Assembly (NCBI GenBank): GCA_041661605.1
Contig: JBAZUE010000001.1
Span: 223,467-287,466 of the forward strand
Length of the DNA stretch: 64,000 bases
From: Candidatus Omnitrophota bacterium
GTDB taxonomy: Bacteria > Omnitrophota > Gorgyraeia > Gygaellales > Profunditerraquicolaceae
Direction of reading: 5' to 3'
The position numbers and the translations under genes were made by a program. The notes under the pieces were generated by a model. It did no database searches. It saw nothing but the letters and a program-made list of their open reading frames with translations, and was not told the DNA's origin. This document shows, in pieces, positions 59,796 through 64,000 of this stretch (the stretch's first letter is position 1; each line of letters starts with the position of its first letter).

Positions 59796-60285
59796 TGTTA
59801 TTTTAAGCTACTTAAAAGATTTGCCTAAAGACTACGTGGTAATTATCGTGGGGGCTTTACCCATTTCTGAATTAAGGGGGGCGATACCTCTGGCATTGTC
59901 ATTCGGGATGAGCTTGACAAAAGCTTTCTGGCTTTCAGTATTGGGAAATTGTATTATTGTGGCTCCGGCCCTTTTTCTTTTTAAGCCAATTACCGGGTTT
60001 TTACGAAAATTTAAGATTTGGTCGCGGTTCTTTGACTGGATATTTGAACGCACCAGGAAGAATTCAGACTCGATTCAGAAATATGAGGCTTTGGGCCTGG
60101 CTATCTTTGTGGCTATTCCGCTTCCAATGACCGGCGCCTGGAGCGGAGTGATCGCGGCTTCTCTATTCAAGATTCGTTTTCGTTACGCGTTCATGGCTAT
60201 AGTTGCCGGAGTTATTTGCGCAGGGCTTATCGTGTCGGCTTTATGCGCTTTAGGGATAATGAGCTGGAAGGCGGTATCAGGATGA
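59788..60285 (+). CDS. Small membrane protein, COG2426 / small multidrug export-like family
   Basis: ISELRGAIPLAL motif and 4-5 predicted TM segments. Function unknown. Confidence 0.65.
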   Translation: MVDVILSYLKDLPKDYVVIIVGALPISELRGAIPLALSFGMSLTKAFWLSVLGNCIIVAPALFLFKPITGFLRKFKIWSRFFDWIFERTRKNSDSIQKYEALGLAIFVAIPLPMTGAWSGVIAASLFKIRFRYAFMAIVAGVICAGLIVSALCALGIMSWKAVSG

Positions 60286-60785
60286 TCCAGGTTTATACGG
60301 GTAACGGTAAGGGCAAGACCACCGCGGCTATTGGCCTGGCTTTGAGGGCTTCAGGAGCAGGTTTAAATGTTTATATCGCCCAATTTGCCAAAGGCCGTGT
60401 CTGCAGTGAACATAAAGCACTGCAGAAAATAAAAAATATAAAGGTTGAACAATTCGGCAGGGATTATTTTATTCTTCATAAGCCGCGCTCTTGTGATATA
60501 GAATCGGCCCGGCAGGCCATGGAGGAGATAAAGAAAGTTATTGCCCGCGGAAATTTCCGTGTAATTATTTTAGATGAAATTAATGTTGCCTTAAAGCTTA
60601 GATTGGTATGCCTTAAAGATGTGCTTGAGTTGATTAAGCATACTCCGGCAACCATTGAGTTGGTCTTAACCGGCAGGTGCGCGCCAAGAAAGATTATTGA
60701 ATGCGCTGACCTGGTCAGCCGCATAGATGAGGTTAAGCATTATTATAAACGCGGGGTTAAGGCAAGAAAAGGAATAGAATTTTAA
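60282..60785 (+). CDS. cobO: Cob(I)yrinic acid a,c-diamide / cob(I)alamin adenosyltransferase
   Basis: MIQVYTGNGKGKTTAAIGLALRA...ILDEINVAL...ELVLTGR. ATG 60282 overlaps the upstream TGA (ATGA). Confidence 0.9.
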   Translation: MIQVYTGNGKGKTTAAIGLALRASGAGLNVYIAQFAKGRVCSEHKALQKIKNIKVEQFGRDYFILHKPRSCDIESARQAMEEIKKVIARGNFRVIILDEINVALKLRLVCLKDVLELIKHTPATIELVLTGRCAPRKIIECADLVSRIDEVKHYYKRGVKARKGIEF

Positions 60786-60786
60786 G

Positions 60787-60814
60787 TTGACAAATTATTA
60801 TTGGATGTTAAAGT
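60787..60814 (+). promoter_or_regulatory. Candidate promoter (TTGACA, 16 nt spacer, TAAAGT)
   Basis: TTGACA at 60787-60792 and a weak -10 TAAAGT at 60809-60814, about 20 nt upstream of the riboswitch P1 stem. Confidence 0.45.
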
Positions 60815-60832
60815 AAAGAGGAAAATTTAAGC

Positions 60833-60981
60833 ATATAGGTTAAGGGAAATCCGTTTAGTCGGATGCGGTCCCGCCGCTGTAAGAGTTGACGAAAGCTGCC
60901 AAATGCCACTGTGCTCAGACGCATCAGCATGGGAAGGCGCAGCAAGTAGATTGAGACTCAAGCCAGAAGACCTGCCTATAT
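60833..60981 (+). promoter_or_regulatory. Cobalamin (B12) riboswitch aptamer
   Basis: P1 is ATATAGG (60833-60839) pairing with CCTATAT (60975-60981). Conserved blocks are AAGGGAAATCC, GGTCCCGCCGCTGTAA, GCCACTG and GGGAAGGCG. The B12 box is AAGCCAGAAGACCTGCC (60959-60975). Confidence 0.9.
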
Positions 60982-61032
60982 AAAGAAGAGCAACGCCTCG
61001 CGGAATGGGCCAAAAGTAATACAAGGGTGAAG

Positions 61033-61071
61033 CCCGATCCGGGTACGAAAAGTACCAGGTCGGGTATTTTT
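61033..61071 (+). terminator. Riboswitch expression-platform terminator
   Basis: Imperfect stem CCCGATCCGGGTAC-GAAAA-GTACCAGGTCGGG followed by TATTTTTAT, 17 nt before the btuF ATG. Confidence 0.7.
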
Positions 61072-61087
61072 ATTGTTGCGTCCTATC

Positions 61088-61945
61088 ATGAAGAAAATTA
61101 TCCTGTTAAGTTTATTTATCGGCCATTTTCTTGCCGTGTGGGCTTTGGCTACCGGAAGCCAAACCGCGGCCGTGCGGCCGCGCTATATCTCTCTTGCGCC
61201 GTCAACAACTGAAATCCTCTTTAGCCTTGGCCTGGATAAGGAGATCGTAGGGGTAAGCTCTTACTGTAATTATCCACCGGAGGTAAGAAATAAAACTAAG
61301 GTCGGGAGTTTCAGCTCTCCGAATATTGAAAAGATCATTGCTTTAAAACCGGATTATATTTTTTGTACCGGCCTTGAGCAGGCTCCGGTTGTTACCCAGT
61401 TAAGGCAGCTTAATTTAAATGTCTATGTTTCTGACCCAACGAGTATGGGGGAACTTTTTGATTCCATCAGGGAAATAGGCAAATTGACGGACAAATCCGC
61501 GGAGGCTGTTGCCTTGACTCAGAAAATGGATGAGGAGGCTAATGCAGTAGGCTTAAAGTTAAAGTTTATCCCGCTTGAGAAAAGAGTCAAGGTCTTTATA
61601 GAGATCTGGCATGAACCGCTGATGACTGCGGCCAAGGGCTCTATTGTTGATGAGTTGATTACCCTGGCAGGCGGGATCAATATCGCCCATGAGCTTCCCA
61701 GGCCTTACTGTAATATCAGCGCCGAGAAGGTGATCAGCCTTAACCCGCAGTGCATTATTATGGCGTATATGGATAAGGAGCCTTCTTTGAAATTGGCCAA
61801 ACAGCGTTTTGGCTGGGATAAGATAGAGGCGGTAAAGAATCAACAGGTGTTTAATGATATTGACCCGGATACCCTGCTTAGGCCGGGCCCAAGAATTACC
61901 CGGGGGCTGACTGAGGTTTATAAGAGATTGTATCCGGGAGGATGA
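61088..61945 (+). CDS. btuF: ABC transporter periplasmic binding protein (cobalamin/siderophore type, BtuF-like)
   Basis: Signal peptide MKKIILLSLFIGHFLAVWA. LAPSTTEILFSLGLDKEIVGVS. Lies downstream of the B12 riboswitch. The ORF-track TTG 61073 falls inside the terminator. Confidence 0.85.
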   Translation: MKKIILLSLFIGHFLAVWALATGSQTAAVRPRYISLAPSTTEILFSLGLDKEIVGVSSYCNYPPEVRNKTKVGSFSSPNIEKIIALKPDYIFCTGLEQAPVVTQLRQLNLNVYVSDPTSMGELFDSIREIGKLTDKSAEAVALTQKMDEEANAVGLKLKFIPLEKRVKVFIEIWHEPLMTAAKGSIVDELITLAGGINIAHELPRPYCNISAEKVISLNPQCIIMAYMDKEPSLKLAKQRFGWDKIEAVKNQQVFNDIDPDTLLRPGPRITRGLTEVYKRLYPGG

Positions 61946-62901
61946 ATATGTATTTTAAAAAAAGGTTCGTGATTTTATTTCTTCTTCTTGGGTTAGCGAT
62001 AATCTTCGGCCTGGTTAAGGGGGCGGTGAACATTCCTTTAGGCAATCTTCTGCTTAAGGATAACCAGGTTATTTTTAATCTGCGCCTTTTGCGCATAGCT
62101 GCGGCTATCCTTGTGGGAAGCGGCCTGGCGGTTTCCGGTATAGCTCTCCAGGCGATTTTGAGGAACCCTTTGGCTGAGCCATATTTGCTCGGAACTTCAA
62201 GCGGGGCAGGCCTTGCGGCAGTAACTGCTGCGATACTGGGCCTTTCAAGGCTCTATATGCCGCTGGCTGCTTTTCTGGGGGCAATGCTCAGTATTATCCT
62301 GGTTTACAGCCTGGCGAAAGAAAGGGGCCTGATCGCTGATAAATCATTAATCCTATCCGGGGTAATTGTTTCGGTAGCCTTTTCTTCAATAATAGTGTTC
62401 CTGGTATCTTTGTTCGGCAATGAAGCAATGCATGAGATGAACTGGTGGTTATGGGGAAGCCTGCAGGTCTATGATTACAAACTCTTGTTCCTGGTTGCTC
62501 TCCCAGTCGTATTGGGTATATGCGGGATTTATCTTTTTGCCCAGGATTTAAATGCTATCAGTATGGGCGAGGAGGAAGCCATGCATCTGGGTATAAACAC
62601 GCAGGCTATAAAGAAAATATTAATACTTATTACGGCAATAATTACCGCCAGCCTGATATGTATATGCGGAATAATCGGTTTTGTCGGCCTGATCGTGCCA
62701 CATATGATGCGCCTGGTTGTGGGGCCGAACCATAAGCTTCTGATACCGGTAACTTGTCTTGCTGCTTCCATATTTGTGGTCCTCTGCGACCTTTTATCGC
62801 GCACGCTTTTTGCGCCTGTTGAAATTCCTATCGGTGTGATCACGGCGATAATCGGAGCCCCTGTATTCATTATTCTCCTGAAAAAAGGAAAAAGGATCTA
62901 A
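61942..62901 (+). CDS. btuC: FecCD-family ABC permease (BtuC-like)
   Basis: 319 aa, about 9 TM segments. LRNPLAEPYLLGTSSGAGL, MGEEEAMHLG and VEIPIGVITAIIGAPVFIILL motifs. Confidence 0.88.
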   Translation: MNMYFKKRFVILFLLLGLAIIFGLVKGAVNIPLGNLLLKDNQVIFNLRLLRIAAAILVGSGLAVSGIALQAILRNPLAEPYLLGTSSGAGLAAVTAAILGLSRLYMPLAAFLGAMLSIILVYSLAKERGLIADKSLILSGVIVSVAFSSIIVFLVSLFGNEAMHEMNWWLWGSLQVYDYKLLFLVALPVVLGICGIYLFAQDLNAISMGEEEAMHLGINTQAIKKILILITAIITASLICICGIIGFVGLIVPHMMRLVVGPNHKLLIPVTCLAASIFVVLCDLLSRTLFAPVEIPIGVITAIIGAPVFIILLKKGKRI

Positions 62902-63690
62902 ATGAGTGAGTTATTGGCAATAAATAATGTAAGTGGCGGATATTATAAGGAGGATGTCATTAAGGGTGTATCCCTGGATGTGGAGGAAGGGGATTTCCTG
63001 GGGATCATCGGGCCTAATGGTTCAGGAAAGACCACTCTTCTGCGGCTGGCAACGCGGATTATTCCTTTAAGAAAAGGAGAAATTCTCTATAGGGATAAGT
63101 GTATTTCGGCCATGGATCTTAAGGAATTCTGCCGCAAGGTGGCTTTTGTCTCCCAGGATGTATCAACAGGTTTTTCTTTTACGGTTATGGAACTGGTCTT
63201 GATGGGCAGGATCCCGCATTTAAAGAGGCTGCAGTTTGAAGGCAAGATAGACATGGAGATTGCCCGGGAAAAACTTTTCTTAACCGATACTTTAAGCTTA
63301 AAAGATAAACGTATAGATGAGTTGAGCGCCGGGGAACGCCAGCGGGTAATTATTGCCCGGGCCTTGGCACAGGAGCCTGAGCTTCTATTCCTGGATGAAC
63401 CTACCAGCCATCTGGATATCGGGCATCAGGTGCAAACTTTGGATTTACTGAAGAAGCTCAACCGGAAGAACGGCCTTACGATTGTAATGATCCTGCATGA
63501 TCTAAACTTGGCTAGCGCGTATTCTAACCGCATTGTTTTGTTGGACAAAGGTGTTATTTTTAAAGAAGGCAAGCCTGAAGAAGTTTTAACTTATCAAAAT
63601 ATTGAGGCAGTTTATAAAACCATTGTTTTGGTGAATAATAATTCAATCACAGGCAAGCCCAATGTGGTTTTGGTCCCGGGAGAGAAGTGA
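62902..63690 (+). CDS. btuD: ABC transporter ATP-binding protein (BtuD/FepC-like)
   Basis: Walker A GPNGSGKTTLL, signature LSAGERQR, Walker B LLFLDEPTSHLD. Confidence 0.9.
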   Translation: MSELLAINNVSGGYYKEDVIKGVSLDVEEGDFLGIIGPNGSGKTTLLRLATRIIPLRKGEILYRDKCISAMDLKEFCRKVAFVSQDVSTGFSFTVMELVLMGRIPHLKRLQFEGKIDMEIAREKLFLTDTLSLKDKRIDELSAGERQRVIIARALAQEPELLFLDEPTSHLDIGHQVQTLDLLKKLNRKNGLTIVMILHDLNLASAYSNRIVLLDKGVIFKEGKPEEVLTYQNIEAVYKTIVLVNNNSITGKPNVVLVPGEK

Positions 63691-64000
63691 TGTTGACAAA
63701 ACTTATTTTAATCCGTCACGGGGTAACTCAATGGAATAAGCAGAAAAGATACTGCGGCTGCAGGGATATAGGTTTAAGCAGTCATGGTAAAATCCAGGCT
63801 ATGAAATTGCGGAAGAGATTTAATGGATTTGAGTTTGACAAGGTCTATTGCAGTGACAGAAAACGCGCGCTTCAGACAAGAACCATACTCTTTGGAAAAA
63901 GAGATTTTATAAAAGTGGAAGAATTAAGGGAGATTGATTTTGGAGTGTTTGAGGGGTTAAGGCATGATGAGATTTTGGAGAAATATCCAAAGCTCTATAA
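63690..64000 (+). CDS. Histidine phosphatase family protein (alpha-ribazole phosphatase CobC-like), 3' end outside window
   Basis: Translated by hand as MLTKLILIRHGVTQWNKQKRYCGCRDIGLSSHGKIQA...SDRKRALQT...EIDFGVFEGL (RHG catalytic motif). The ATG overlaps the btuD TGA by 1 nt. The CobC role is inferred from context. Confidence 0.75.
   Translation, partial: MLTKLILIRHGVTQWNKQKRYCGCRDIGLSSHGKIQAMKLRKRFNGFEFDKVYCSDRKRALQTRTILFGKRDFIKVEELREIDFGVFEGLRHDEILEKYPKLY

Noticed and set aside
60827-61212. Small ORFs 60827-61024 (-) and 61027-61212 (+) in the cobO-btuF spacer.
   Set aside because: The region is fully explained by a cobalamin riboswitch aptamer and its terminator. The ORFs are incidental.
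63693-63698. A perfect TTGACA hexamer at the start of the CobC-like gene.
   Set aside because: It lies inside the coding sequence (codons for M-L-T-K), no matching -10 follows, and the gene is translationally coupled to btuD. It is a coincidence of codons.

Overview
The window is dominated by core housekeeping genes from one bacterium with the standard genetic code (TGA, TAA and TAG are all used as stops). I call 79 protein genes, 2 tRNAs and 1 riboswitch, and every one is on the + strand.

Gene order:
- recA (5' partial) and recX, then alaS.
- A his block, hisD-B-H-A-[lipoprotein]-F-I, followed by trpE.
- rpsP, yajC, fused secDF, an unusually short mfd, then surA-like, pdxA and rsmA.
- tRNA-Thr, rpmG, tRNA-Trp, secE, nusG.
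- An uninterrupted run of about 30 kb: rplKAJL, rpoBC, rpsLG, fusA, tuf, then the S10, spc and alpha operons. It has no L30 gene.
- A central-metabolism cluster: aminotransferase, LeuC-like gene, pilT, LeuD-like gene, IDH-like gene, mdh, E3 and a lone lipoyl domain.
- An HD-GYP protein and a four-gene putative glycolipid/envelope cluster.
- A B12 salvage module: cobO, cobalamin riboswitch, btuFCD, and a cobC-like gene (3' partial).

I see no CRISPR array, no transposase or integrase, no rRNA, and no block of unknown genes that would indicate a novel defence or secretion system. The points most worth a second look are modest:
1. A dispersed stem-loop repeat family (ACTTATG...CATAAGT) with related loop sequences, present in both orientations.
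2. A pilT gene wedged between the two subunit genes of an aconitase-family dehydratase.
3. A half-size Mfd lacking the N-terminal and C-terminal regulatory domains.
4. A 42-bp tandem repeat with GNRA hairpins at the recA/recX junction.
5. A 10-bp phased TAAGTAA array between rplL and rpoB.
6. An orphan E3 gene with a free-standing lipoyl domain.

Product calls come from reading motifs in the supplied translations. No database search was possible.
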